From positions 1,550,001 to 1,614,000 of the forward strand of contig OX337238.1 of NCBI GenBank assembly GCA_946965045.2: a DNA stretch of 64,000 bases, in the 5' to 3' direction. Shown here piece by piece: positions 44,123 through 56,221 of this stretch. A model generated the notes under the pieces. It was not told the DNA's origin, searched no databases, and worked only from the letters and a program-made list of their open reading frames with translations. The stretch is from Epithemia pelagica (lineage: Eukaryota > Protista > Bacillariophyta). Position 1 is the stretch's first letter; every line of letters begins with the position of its first letter. Made by a program: the position numbers and the translations under genes.

Positions 44123-45440
44123 CTACAAAGGACTACGACCATTCAAAGAAGAAGAAAAAGACGAAAAGTCCATCAGTGACAGGACAACCAGCCGTACGAT
44201 CGTGTCCTTCAACAGTGTGTCGTTTTCACACGATTGACGACTGCCAGTTGTTTTGCGAGTGTTGTTTTGTTCAGTCAGCATCGGCCACCACCACAAAAGG
44301 TTCTTCATACGGTATAAAATTTTGATTGTGCGCAAATGAATTTCGTAAGAGGGGCAATCCACTCGCCACTCGATCGTCACGCAAGGGGCCACAGCGGCCG
44401 TCAAGGCCAATTCTTGGTTGCGACCTCCGAGACCGGAACAATTTGGAGGCAAGGTGACAGTGGTTTCATCACCGGCAATCAAGGCAATCGGTGTGCGGTT
44501 GATGTTACCCTGCACTCCACACGACATCAAGTTGGTCGGTCCCTGTTGAATGTGTTGTGCCATGGCTACCAGGACTTTGGCCATGTCTCGGGCTTCTCCT
44601 TGAAATTGCGTCCCAAAAACAATGGGATGATAGCCCTTGGACAGGGCCGTTTGGGCCGCCGCTTCGACCGCCAAGGCATTGTTCCCCACCAGACACGTGG
44701 TGCGTGTGTGTGGTGCGGTTACTGTTGGGGGAGTCCGGTCACCAACAACACTTGATTCCTCGTGTTGCATTTGTCGTTGTTCTTCTTCTTCCTGTTTCGC
44801 TCCTTCCCGTAGTTGTCCGTCGTACAAGACTTGATAGACGGAGGAAGGCAATTCGGATCCACCCTGAGCCACCGTTGTTGGACCAGGGCCCAGGCTTGTT
44901 GCCAGGTACTAGTGTCCGGTTCGGTCGGTCCACTGGCAATAGCGGATCGCCCACGACATCACTCAATATCAAACTGACCATGTCGGTCGTTGTAGTGGAT
45001 GTTGACGTAAGAGTTTTATTTGTATTCGATTCGTCATAGATCGTCGTCGTGCGCGGATGGTCCGTGTCTACTACTGTCGTATCTGGATCGCTCGTACCCG
45101 TCGTCGTCGTCGTTGTCGTAGTCATTATTTCGTGAATGGACCAGCCTGATTCCAACAAGACTCCGTTCGTGGCTTCCAAATCCTCCAGGCTGACGGGTGG
45201 TTGCGGCGCACACAACAAGGCCGATCCACCTCCACTAATACAGACCAACACAAGTCGACGACGACGTGGATGAAATAATTGGCGAGACGGCAAAGAATGG
45301 GACGGTGATTCCACGAGGTTCAAGAGTTGCCGTGTGTCCGTCTCAACGGATCGATGGTCTGGAATGGGATGCGCCGCTTCGTGGACCGTGATATTGTAGT
45401 GCGATAGATAGCGGACTTCAGTTTGACGCCGGGCGCGAAC
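44123..45440 (-). pseudogene. Glycerate kinase (TtuD/MOFRL family) pseudogene, 5'-truncated
   Basis: EAAHPIPD, ISGGGSALL, LILSDVVGDPL, GEARDMA, AGDETTV and GGRNQELAL in several frames. Confidence 0.85.
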
Positions 45441-45500
45441 AAAAAATGGTCACAAAAATGCCGGGTGTTCCAGTCCAGGTCTCCTTCAACTCGACGCCCC

Positions 45501-47082
45501 TTACATCGACAACAATTTATTCACCATAAAGGCATCATGTTCTAGCTTCATGACTTTGCCAACTTGTACGTCTTCATGCCATTCCTCCTCCGGGTTTACA
45601 GCAATTGGGTAGATTTCAGTCTCATGAGATCCCGCCCAATCGAAATCAACAACAAACACGTCGCCTTTGGCATTCACCAATACGTTGGGAGGACGCAAAT
45701 CACCATGCACTAGGTTGGCGTTTCGGAAAATTTGTTGAAACCGCTTTAAATTTTGTTTCGCAATCGCACTTTCGTTGGCACCCCAGTGGTGGGCTCCATC
45801 AACGGGGTCCATGACGATCATCACCAATCCACAATCAAGCTCCATGACACTCCGCAAGGCTGGAGCCAGTCCATTTATTGCGGCCAACTCGTGAGCCCCA
45901 CCGTTGTACTTTTCGCTGAACTTGACAAACACGCGTTCCCCTGATTCATCGACGGTAGCAAAAAAGAGCATTCTCCCTCCCCCTTTGACCACTGGTGCAG
46001 TATACGAAAAGGAAACTTCAGCTGTTCCATCTTTGGCGTTCCTAGGCGTGAACTTCCTGATAAAAGGAAAACCTGCTTGCGGATCGTCAGCACTTGGTTC
46101 GTCAGCATAGAACGCCTTCAGCGTGTTGAACCCGTGTCGGATGGCGTGACAAAGACGAGCTTGTTGCACTCGTGATCGGCGATCGGAAGGCAGCGAGAGG
46201 AAAGGAATATTGGAACTAAGGGGTTGAGCACATGGCGTTCCGTCGACATACGCTGCGCCGGAAACACCAATTTCTTGGCCAATCACCTCGATCAGCATCC
46301 AAGGGCAGCAATGCTGGCCAGGGCCGGGAGATGTCGAGTTCGAACCACGCTTTCTCTTTTGTTTCTTCCTGGCATTTTCGTCCCCCCCCCTATTGAATAT
46401 AGTAAGCAATATTTTGCATGTAAGGGTCGGAGTCGCCCTGGCCCTTCTCGTTCTTGAATTCTATGTTTGTTCCAGCATGCGCAGCTGTACCGTCGGTGTC
46501 AAACTTGTTTGCGATACACTTGACCCCAATTGATTCACTGGCGTTACCGGGCATGTACTCGTTGAAAATTTGAGTGACTCTGTCTCTCCGCGAGTTTTCG
46601 ACTTCAAAGGCATCGGGCATCACGGCACACAACTCTGCGGCCATTAGGAAGTCATTGGTGGCTGGCTCACCAAAGTCTACGAGTTTCACAATTTGGTCAA
46701 AGACAGGGTGGATAATTGACAAGTTAACCCAAGAAATACCTGCCGGTCTGTGGCACATGATAGGAAGATTTGGATTGTCATGTTGCCACTTGGACCATCC
46801 TGATGGTTTTCCAAATCCAGAAGGAGCGCCAATGGCCATATACTTCTCGGCCGGTGTCCGAGCTCCAGGAGGTTGTCTATTTCCGTTCTTTTTCCATTTT
46901 TGACATTCTTTTTTGAATGATGCCCACAGATTCTGCTCGGTGAAGCTCATACCATGAGGACTAATTTCCAAGTCAACAAAGGCGATCGGCACCGAGTCGT
47001 CAATAACTCGTTCGACAAACAAGCTGATATGACGTGAATTCAAGGATTCTAGTACGTCTGCGACTGTTGCTTCACCTGCCAT
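45501..47082 (-). pseudogene. Crinkler-type REase + protein kinase, broken by TAG and a frameshift at a G9 run (46382-46392)
   Basis: TDG..NIEFKNEKGQGDSDPYMQNIAYY (REase), CCPWMLIEVIG, HGDLRPPNVL, VVDFDWAG. Confidence 0.8.
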
Positions 47083-48276
47083 GATGAGGAGGACAAGTAC
47101 TTGCTTTGCTGCTGTGCACGAGTATACAGTCGGTGTATTAGACTGATGCGACTATCCGCCGCTTCTCTGTTTGTCTATGTATTGTGTTGTGTTCGTTGTT
47201 TCCTGAGAAATAGCGGTAAGGCGGTTCTGTTTCTGTTACTCAACATTTGGCGCAAAAAACAAATAGCGCATGAAAAAAACAAATAGCGCTTTTTTCCACC
47301 CCCGGTTTAATTTCGTGTAGCCACCCCCATCTCTCTGGTGTCCGGTCTAGTCGGCAGGCACATCTCATTTTCACAACCACGATAACAACACGACAATCAA
47401 AACTGTGTTGTTGCTGGTGACCTCCTATGATCACCCCATCATGATCCGACCATCGTGTGATTCATATTAGTACCATGGTAGTGCATTGTGAGCGGCACAG
47501 TGCATGAGGGTCACTCTAGGCAAGGATGAAAATAGTGGCCCAGCATTATGGCACGACACGAGACCATGATGGCCCCCAAAACACATGGGAATAGAGGTCC
47601 TGCTGTCGATACACTCCGTTACTACTGTTATGTATATTGTGTACCATTAGGTGTCGAAACAATGAATGATAAGAGCCATACATCCCTCTGAGATGTTTCG
47701 TTCGAAATGGTGAGGCGTTGCTTCCGTATGACCGTGCCACGAGGCATGGTGCCTGTGAACCAGCTCCACAATAGACTCAACCTTCATATTTTGGGCATGC
47801 AGATGTATCCTACGCTATTGGTTAGAGGCCTATGACTCGCCCGACAGGTACCAAGTGTCAAAATAGGTGCACAACAACAGGTGCAACACCGAGGTCCGTG
47901 TTGTTATCGCGATGGATGGAATGAGATATGCCTGCCGACTAGAAACAGGTTATTTTTCTAACTCCATATCAGACTATGTAGGTAGTTTTGCTCACAATTT
48001 TATTTTACTGTAGGATTTTTATTGTACGAGCGGGAAGTAGTTTTCAACCGAAAATCGTGCGAATCGCGCGAAAACGAGCGGGGCGAGCAAACCAAGGCGA
48101 AAAAAGCGCACCACGAAAAACCAACACGAAGCAACCAACGGAACGAGAAACGAAACCAACAAGGGTAACAAAGAAGCGACACAGGACAAGGAAGAAGAAG
48201 CAAGGTTGTGTGAGAATAAGCATGTGATGCAACAATAAAACAAAGACCATCGCAATGCAACAACTTACCGGTATCT

Positions 48277-48338
48277 AGAGACCAACCAACTGTGGGAGAC
48301 ATCGAGAAGAGACCAACCAACTCAGGGAGACATCGATA
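48277..48338 (+). repeat. 31-bp tandem repeat x2
   Basis: agagaccaaccaact(gt/ca)gggagacatcga at 48277 and 48308. Confidence 0.85.
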
Positions 48339-48419
48339 AGTGTCTGTCATCGAAGAAGCAAAAATAAGAAGATGAAGGACAATCACAATAGAAACAAAAA
48401 AAGACTCACCAATCAGCCA

Positions 48420-51187
48420 CTAGTGGGACTTTTTGGATCCCTTGTGCTTCTTCTTTTTCGACTTCTTCGAAGTCGTAGTGGCAGGGTTGGTGTATTGAAA
48501 GGGTAGCTGCATTCCCCCAGCCATCATAGGAGCAGCCATGGCATTCGGCTGAACAGCAAAAGAATTGAGTAGGGGTTGTTGTTGCTGCATGGAGGGGAAG
48601 AGCTGTTGTTGCATCATCTGTTGTTGTTGCTGCTGCTGCATCATCCACCACATCATTTGTTGTTGGTTGAAATTGAGGTGGGGAGGAGGAACGACTTCCA
48701 CCACGTCGTCATCCGAATCAGAATCGGATGAGGATGGAGATGGAGGAGCAGTTTTTTTCGTTGATGCCGTGTTAGGCGTCGTTGTCGGCTTCGCCGCCAC
48801 CGTCGTCACCATCGTCGTCGGCTTCACCTCCGGACTCTGCTTCGTTCTGGGGACCAAGGGAGGTGATCCCCAACCACCCTTCTCTACCACTACCACGTCG
48901 TCGTCGCGTTTACCAGGAACTGGGGGGCCAAACTCATCGACATTGACTGCGTTGACAACACCAATTGAAACCTTGGGCGAAGCAGCACCAAGATCACGTC
49001 CTAGTAGAAGGTATTAAGAAGCAACTTGAGTGAGAAACAGAACGAGGCAACAATCAAACAACAACCAAACTTACCATTTGGAGAGGGAGCCTTTTTTTTG
49101 CCCTTGTACCAATTCGCTTTGAGAGCTTTTGCGAACGAATCCGTCGTGAATTCTTGGTACCGAAAACTTGCACGGTCAGTTTTGTGACGGCCAAAGGCAT
49201 TGACCATGTGTTGTGGAACGCCCGCATCTGCCACGTTGGAAATACCAGTACGGCAACCAGTACGAGCGGTTGCACGGTGCCACTCCGGGTGGCCGCACCT
49301 CTTGAAGAGGATCTTTGCATTGTCGTTGGGCCAGTTCTTACCGAGAGCGCCCGAGGGGCGCATGGGAACAGAAGGTGACTTGCCTTCGGCAAGGGCCTTC
49401 TCGTACGTTCGCTTCGCTTCAATCGTGGTGTCGCGGACCATCTTCGTTCCTCCCCACCAATTGTCATTGGGTGACGGACGTTCTTTTCGTTCCTTTTCCG
49501 TTGCGATATTCAAAAAGAGAAGCCCTGTCCAGCCAGGTGGTAGTCCGTTCTGGATCCAGTGGCGGAGAATCTTGTACGTGCACATGTCATCGTCTGGATC
49601 ATCAACGATCATGTTCGGCACACGTTCTTCGTCCGATCGCAGAGTCGGGTTTGAAAGCGAAAGCTTCGCCGTCTTCTCGCGCTCGCACTCGCGTAGTTTG
49701 TATGCCGCGAGACCTGCCACATCGCCATACTATTGCGGGAGAGCAGTGATGTGGATCACATCAGTGATCAACAACCGGTAAATCTGGGTGACGTGAGAAT
49801 CAGAACGCATGTCAGAAACTTGCCAGTCGATCCACCAATCAACATGAATGGTTGAAACTTACCTCCATACCACGAGTTCCCCAACAGCAAGAGCAAAGGT
49901 ACACTACCATACGCAGACAGTCCAACGCAATCTGGAACGGACTCATTGGCGGTTGCGCCTTTGTTTGCAACATGACGTCGTCGTTGAATTCAATCAACCC
50001 CTTGTTCGGACGACGACCGTAATCTGGACGACGTTCGGCTTCCTCGCGAAACTGGTTTGCACAGTACGCTTGGAAAGACCCTTGCATGCTTTGCATGTGA
50101 GTCATGCTATACTGGATGCCATGCAAACGGAAGATCGCAAAGATTTGGTCCAAGATTTTTTTCACAACGTTTGGTTGGTAAGCCTTTCCCTCCTTGGTCT
50201 TCAGATTGGAAACAAAAACAACCAACGCATCATTCAAAACTTGTTCTTTGTCTTCTGTTTTCGAGCCACGGAGCATGGGAAAGAGCCGAAAGAGTCTCTT
50301 CTCTGGGTTGTCGGGGTCGACGACGTATTCAGTGAGCACGTAGAGGGCAGGGTGCTTCGAAAGGATTTGGAGGAAGCGCTCGAAGGAACGGGCTTTGTCT
50401 TTTTCATAGCCCACCGTATTCATTGACAACTGTCGAAGGTTCCTGGTGGCATCCCCGAAGATGGACCTCGACAAGGTGCAATACGAGGCCAAGGCGGCAA
50501 GATCGTTGGGGGAATCGAGCACTCGGGGCAGGGAATTTGACGACAACTCGGCCAGCGTAATCTTGTTTGACTGGTGGTCGAAAACCAGGGGGCGGCGTTC
50601 ACAAGCAGCCTTGGCTGCAACAGCAAAGGAAGGTTCATTGGCAGCTCGTGGAGGCGGAGGAGGAAGTTCCACGGTGGGATCGACGACAGCACCAGATGGA
50701 TTGACACTGGCATGAGGCCGCCTGAATACGAACAATCAACCAGTGAGAAGAAATTGACACAACAATGCAGGAACACAAAGCAATGACAACAATGCAACAA
50801 ACTTACGGCGCGGACGGGTTGGTTGATGAGTCTTCCTGGTTGGTGGAAGTAGGTGGATGCGGGAAGACAGCAGCCGACAACCTGTCAATGGAATGAGAAA
50901 ACCAATCAACAGGTTAGACCAATGGTTGCAATCAACAAACAAAGCAACAATCAACGATAGAAACAACAAACTTACCGATTTGGAATGGATGGAGGGTCTT
51001 GTTCCTCATTGTTGGAAGGACGGGGAGGTGGTTTCTTGTTTGGTTGGATGCAACCAAGTGGCTCTCCGGTTCGTTTTCCAAGCACCGACGGAGGTGCTTG
51101 GTTCTCTTTATCGGAACAATCCACAGGAGGATCGGAAACGGCGGAAGCGGCCGCTGCAGCGGCTCTTGCATGGCGACGAGTCTTCAT
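48420..51187 (-). pseudogene. Intron-containing tyrosine recombinase (exons 51187-50976, 50881-50807, 50721-49863, 49783-49075, 49000-48420); in-frame TAG at 49732
   Basis: LKTKEGKAYQPNVVKKIL (Crypton/DUF3504-like), WGTRGME|IYRLLITDV (box I Arg across a splice junction), TARTGCRTGIS (eroded HxxR), GRHK..SFRYQ (His/Tyr). All joins are GT-AG and in frame. Confidence 0.75.
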
Positions 51188-51635
51188 GGCGGCCTTTCGA
51201 CTTTTGGATTCCAACGGATTATGAAGAATGAACGAGTAGAAACGAGTGTGAGATTTTGAAATGCCAAGTGCGACCGGGAAGAATTTGGGAAGAAAAGGAA
51301 GACCACCATGGCCAAAATGGCGTTCCATTGCGTGAAACAAGCCGAAATCGCAACAATCAGACGTAAAAACTTACCATTTGGAAGAGCGTTTCATGATCCA
51401 TGGGTCACTGGAGAGACTGTGCTCCTCAGACTCTCCAGTGCACTCAAGGACCCTCGGAACGTACTCGTGGTTCCAGTTCCACATGTTGTCATCCTCGAAG
51501 ACGAACATCATCGAGGTGGAGGAATTCGAAGAGCTGGATGAGTCATCCTCGCTTGTAGTTACTAAGTCTATAATATTCATGGCTACAAACAATGGTTTAG
51601 ATAGGATGGAGCCGTCGAAAGCACAATCTAATCGT

Positions 51636-51741
51636 CTTCCTTCCTTCCTTCCTTCCTTCCTTCCTTCCTTCCTTCCTTCCTTCCTTCCTTCCTTCCTTCC
51701 TTCCTTCCTTCCTTCCTTCCTTCCTTCCTTCCTTCCTTCCT
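51636..51741 (+). repeat. (CTTC)n microsatellite, about 26 units
   Basis: Uninterrupted cttccttcc run. Confidence 0.98.
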
Positions 51742-51961
51742 GGTTTTCGAGAACGAGAGGGAAGGAACGTCGACGAGATCGGGGGGCCTAAGTAATAGTC
51801 ACAACGGATGGTTTGAAATTTTGCTACTAGTGCCCCTGTTGTAGGCTGTCTCAGCGACATTTCGGGCAATGTCTAGTTTGTTAAATAACAACGGGGCGGT
51901 AGCCACTACCTACATAGCTAGATATGGAGTAAGCATATTATTAATTCCCTTGTGTCTGGCC

Positions 51962-52097
51962 GTCCTTTCGCGTCGGGCGCCCGGCTTGTCGGGAGAATGC
52001 CTCGTCGGGAACACGTCTCGACGGGCATTCGCCCTCCTTGACGTGTTCCCTCCTCGTCATTCTACCCTTCGCGCCGGGCGACCCTCCTTAAAAGGAC
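51962..52097 (-). ncRNA. Candidate structured RNA (or ssDNA): 136-nt rod hairpin with repeated GA-GGG/CCC-GA modules
   Basis: 42 Watson-Crick pairs in 7 helices, separated by symmetric internal loops that are purine-rich on the minus strand and two single-U bulges. Transcription not shown. Confidence 0.5.
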
Positions 52098-52559
52098 TAG
52101 ACACCGGAAATTAATATCACTACCAGAGAGATGGGGGTGTTTCAACGAAATTACAACCTCAAAAACACCCCCGCTAGGGGGTGGATTTTTTCTGTCACAA
52201 CCCAGTGTTTTCCCCGGCGCTCCCTTCCTTAGCGGTTTTTTACATCCTAGCGTTCTATTTATTTAATTTTCGACGTTGCTTATCCACACTTTCATTTCCC
52301 TTTTTCATAATCACCAGGCAATGTTGGCTTTGCATCTTCCTTCACGCTGTCATGGAAAGAATCTTTGTTGCCAACATACCACTATTCTTCAGCAGTCTCA
52401 TTTTGTTTCGACCTAATATGCCATACAAAAATTCTCCTCACCATGGTCAAGATTTTTGTCCCCTGCCCTCATTTTCCCCCCAAACGACCCCAAAGCATCG
52501 AGTGAGTCCCGTTTGGTGACATGTTTCATTTGTCCCTTTTTATGTTACCAAATGTACTA

Positions 52560-53670
52560 ACAATGCCCGACAAATGGCTCACCTGTTTTGTACACTAGCC
52601 GTAACCAAGAAAAGGGAAGAGGTACAAGAGATGAGGATGTTGTAATTTTTGTTCCGATTCCACTCTCTATTTCACTGAATAGTCTTGTCCGATCGGAAAC
52701 AAAAGCTGATGTCCAAAACACAGATGCATAGGGGAACACAAGAATGACCGTTCGGAAAATATTGTCATGGTCATCAGAACAAAGTTCTCTCGAGGTCCGG
52801 GTTGGGTGGACCAATTTGTAGTATGGGGATTCGTCTGGAATCTGTGGTTTCCTATGTGTACGGGATAGCACGCAGTCAACCAGGAAGGCATCATGTAATT
52901 CATGAGTCATTTGCAGTGTACCAGCTTCTTGAATTCGGAGAAAAGGTGGTGGAGGTATGGAACTTCAGTTGGACTGCAAGTCTGATAAGGCCTTCTTGAT
53001 ATGTGGGATCAAAAAAGGGATGTCGGGAACCAATGATCGGACAGTGGGTTGTGGAAATTGTGCCTGCAGGCGAAGCAAGAAACAGAGTACGATCGAGACA
53101 TCAACATTTGGGAGTGAAATGGTTGCACTCCGACTTTGCGTTGAGGCTGTCACCGCACTTCACTACAAGCTCCGGACCTTTGGTGTTGAGATTGATGGTC
53201 CAGCCAGTGTATATTGCAACAATGGATCAGTTGTCAATTGTACATCAAAAGTAGAAGGCCGCTTGAGTAAGAAACACCTGGCGATATGTTGGCATCGTGT
53301 GCGCGAAAGCTGTGCACAAGGGATCTGTCGGATCACCAAGATCTCCGGGGATACCAATGTCGCTGATCTGTTGACAAAATTGTTGCCAACACCACGTCGA
53401 ATCAAGCTGATCCAGAAGATTCTGCGTTATTTCAAGCATCACTAGCGCAAGTCGTGGCCGGCAGTATTCGAACCTGTTGCCGCCCACGAGGGGACTGGTT
53501 AATTGTTGTGGGAGAAATCTACCCTTTACCGCCTACCACTCGTACTATAGGTCAGCCTGTCTACATCGTAATCTCGTAATTATAAGTTTTGTTGCATCTG
53601 TGAGAAATCCCTTTTCGTTATATTGTTTGTACTCGTTATACTGAAGCAAAAGCTTCCAGAAACAGAAAGA
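52560..53670 (+). mobile_element. Decayed copia remnant (integrase traces, RNase H, PPT, probable 3' LTR); boundaries approximate
   Basis: SKKQSTIETSTFGSEMVALR..KHLAICWHRVRE..NVADLLTK (52957-53445); GAGGGGA at 53488. Confidence 0.8.
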
Positions 53671-53722
53671 ATAAAGGATGCAAGTTGTTTCGGATTTTCT
53701 CCACTATCCATTAGCTAAAAAA

Positions 53723-54691
53723 CTATTGGCTTGTCGCCAATCGATGGAGCCAAGCCAGCAACACAACCATGCGGCCTGGTTCGATTTCACGGTGCGAAAG
53801 GAAAGCAGTCTGATCCTGAACAAAGTGAAGCAGAATACACAGACTGTAGCCGTCACATAAGACTGAATAGATAACTTCAGGACGGTTGGATTTATTCTTC
53901 CGCTCAAGATGCTTTGCCAAGGATTCCGCGATCAGGTGAGATTTCGGTTTCGTCGCTGAATTCTTGAGCTTGCCTGCATCTTTCATCTCTATGCTGTAGG
54001 AGCAGTTGAGGAAATTTTCCTTCTTATTGGCGAGATCATGATTTGATGAAACGTCGATAACTACCACATCACTCTCGGTTGTCAAAACGACTTGTTTTCC
54101 CGTCGCTCCATTCACAATTGGCTTATTCTGGGAGGCGAGATAGGTGTTGGAAATCTCCACCGCAACCTTGACTGGTTCCATTCCGGCAACACTCCCCGCA
54201 CAAAAAGTGTCTCCTCCCGATAATGCCTTAACCAACTCCCCCAAAAAGTGCTCAAAAAGGAACAGGGTGTGTTTCTCTTCCCGACCAGGAATTACATCGG
54301 AGCCTAGGGCATGCTGGATTACCTCCAGTCGCTATGCGTGAACTTTCAAGACATCGCAAGTTAGGCCACTCCAGTCTGACCAACCACAGAGGTTGAAGAA
54401 ATCGTCGTCCACTCCGGCAGGGTTCCCATCAGGATCCACGGAATAGGTGGTAGGGTTTGTGAATCGGAAACGAAAGCAATCGATCTTCGAGTTTCCACTT
54501 TTGAACATCATAAAATGGGTGTTCCTTGCCTCAAGACCTTCCGCTTTAACCGTTGTATTGCTTCTGAGAGCCTGCGTGTTTCGTGTCAAGTATGATTGGT
54601 CGTCATTTTCCGCGTACTTTCACTGGTCTTGCTTTTGGCGTCGGTTCCTATTGCTGTTGTTTTGGTTGTTTTGCACGGTGTTGGAACCCAT
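53723..54691 (-). pseudogene. PD-(D/E)xK restriction-endonuclease-fold (CR-like) pseudogene
   Basis: ORFs 54332-54589 and 53723-54244 share a frame across one TAG; TESDVVV..SIEMKD..LIAES..VLCDGY. Confidence 0.5.
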
Positions 54692-54799
54692 AATGGCGAG
54701 TGAAATAAGTCCGTCCAAGTCATAGTCTGCCGGATTTGGTATACCGGCCAAAAGCTGCTTTGCATAGAGAATGCTCACAATGGAAGACGCATCAGCAAC

Positions 54800-56082
54800 T
54801 TCCACGATACCCTGTTGACAGGCCTTGTGTAGGGCCGTTCGACCCCATTTATTGGGAGCATTTAGATTCGCCCCGCGACTTTGCAACTGTTCCAAACGTT
54901 GGACATTCCCCTCGGCGGCTGCCTTGCGCGCTTGCTTGGATTTGTTGCAAAAACAAAAAATAGCCGCGATACTGTCTTGGAAGGAATTTTTACGGTTCGT
55001 AATGTTGTTGTTGCTGCTGCTGCTGCCTGTCACAAGACTAGTTGCAGCGACTGTGCTGGTAGGGCTAGCCGCGTTACTGGCGACAGGGGTGTTAAGGCAG
55101 GGTTGTTCTTGGTGGTGGTGGTGGTGGAGGAGGAGCAAGAAGAGAATGAAACGTAGAAGAATCCACTTCCGTGTCCATCAAAACGCCCCCTGGATGCCTC
55201 AAGAGGGGGAGCGATGATGATGATGGCGGGGGTGTTTTTGGCGACGCAGTGGTAGGCAAAACAGGTGACAACGGCAAAGTAACTGTCAAGGGCTGATCTT
55301 TTCTGTGCATGACTTTCTGGGTCGGTGGTGAAATAGTAATCTCGTGATGATTGTTGTTGAGGATGCCAAGACTGCTGTTGGCGTGACGATGGTTTTCGTC
55401 GGGACGACGACTCGCTACTACTACTTTTTGGTGAGAGCTCGACGAGGTGTTGAGGTGGTGACGACTTGAAGAGGAATGGATGAGGGAGTCAACGGGGTAG
55501 AGATCGTCTCGGTGCGACTCGTTCGAATGGAGATGGGAGGTGATGCTGCTCCACCTCCACGTTGAAAGTGGCGGAAGCTGCGACCCTGATCCTTGTGGTC
55601 CAACGTCGACGGAAGATCCTCCACGACCCATGGTGTGGGTGCAGGATTTCCAGATTCTCTACTAGAAGATCGTGCTGCCTTTGCACGGGGTCCTCTACTC
55701 CCGTATTCGTTGACCCCATCATGATGTCTTCCTCCGTCGTCGTCCACTAGGACCTCCACTGCCACCGCCTCTACAATCGGTACGTCATCATGTTGATGAT
55801 GAGGATTCGAATCCGCTTGGTCATCATTTTCGTAGCGACTGCTGGAGTTGGGATGTGGTCTCAACATGCTTTGACTACGCCCTCAGCGGTTGCTCTTTCT
55901 ACACCATCAGTTTTGATCCGCTTACTCCAAGGCACTGTTGACGCCATCATCCGGATGATACATGTTGTTATTGTTGTTGTTGTTTGTATTGGGACAGGTA
56001 TTGGAAGCAACGAACAACGGTTCCTTCTCATCATCAGTCGTGGATGTTTCGTCGTCGTCATTACACGCCGGAGCATGGCCAC
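54800..56082 (-). pseudogene. Truncated ankyrin-repeat gene
   Basis: AAAEGNVQRLEQLQSRGANLNAPNKWGRTALHKACQQGIVEV, then abrupt loss of the ankyrin pattern; the low-complexity N-terminus is split across frames. Confidence 0.6.
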
Positions 56083-56221
56083 CAGCGGCTTGATACAAGC
56101 GGCAGATTTCCGTCACAACACGCACTTGTTGGTGTAACTCTGGTGAAAATTTTTAGTTTGCCAATGAGGAGTCCAGTTCTAGATTTTTCCACGCCATTAA
56201 ATCAAACGTAACCTCAAATGG

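Larger units (their letters stand above)
47295..52185 (-). mobile_element. Crypton-like tyrosine-recombinase DNA transposon with subterminal inverted repeats (left end may extend to 47230, right end to 52195)
   Basis: Inverted blocks TCCACCCCC, TAATTTCGT, CACCCCCATCTCTCTGGT, TCCGGT and CTAGTC at 47295-47352 and 52095-52185; T-runs outside both ends; YR gene inside, no RT. Confidence 0.7.

Noticed and set aside
48277-48338. Short repeats as CRISPR arrays (also 62733-62948, 34282-34340)
   Set aside because: Tandem without unique spacers, eukaryotic context, no cas genes; the 54-bp repeat is protein-coding.
51962-52097. Hairpin as SRP RNA, SECIS or hammerhead ribozyme
   Set aside because: AAGGAGGG..GAA..GCCC only loosely recalls SRP and the helix-8 motif is missing; no AUGA directly on an 11-12 bp helix for SECIS; no CUGAnGA core for a hammerhead.
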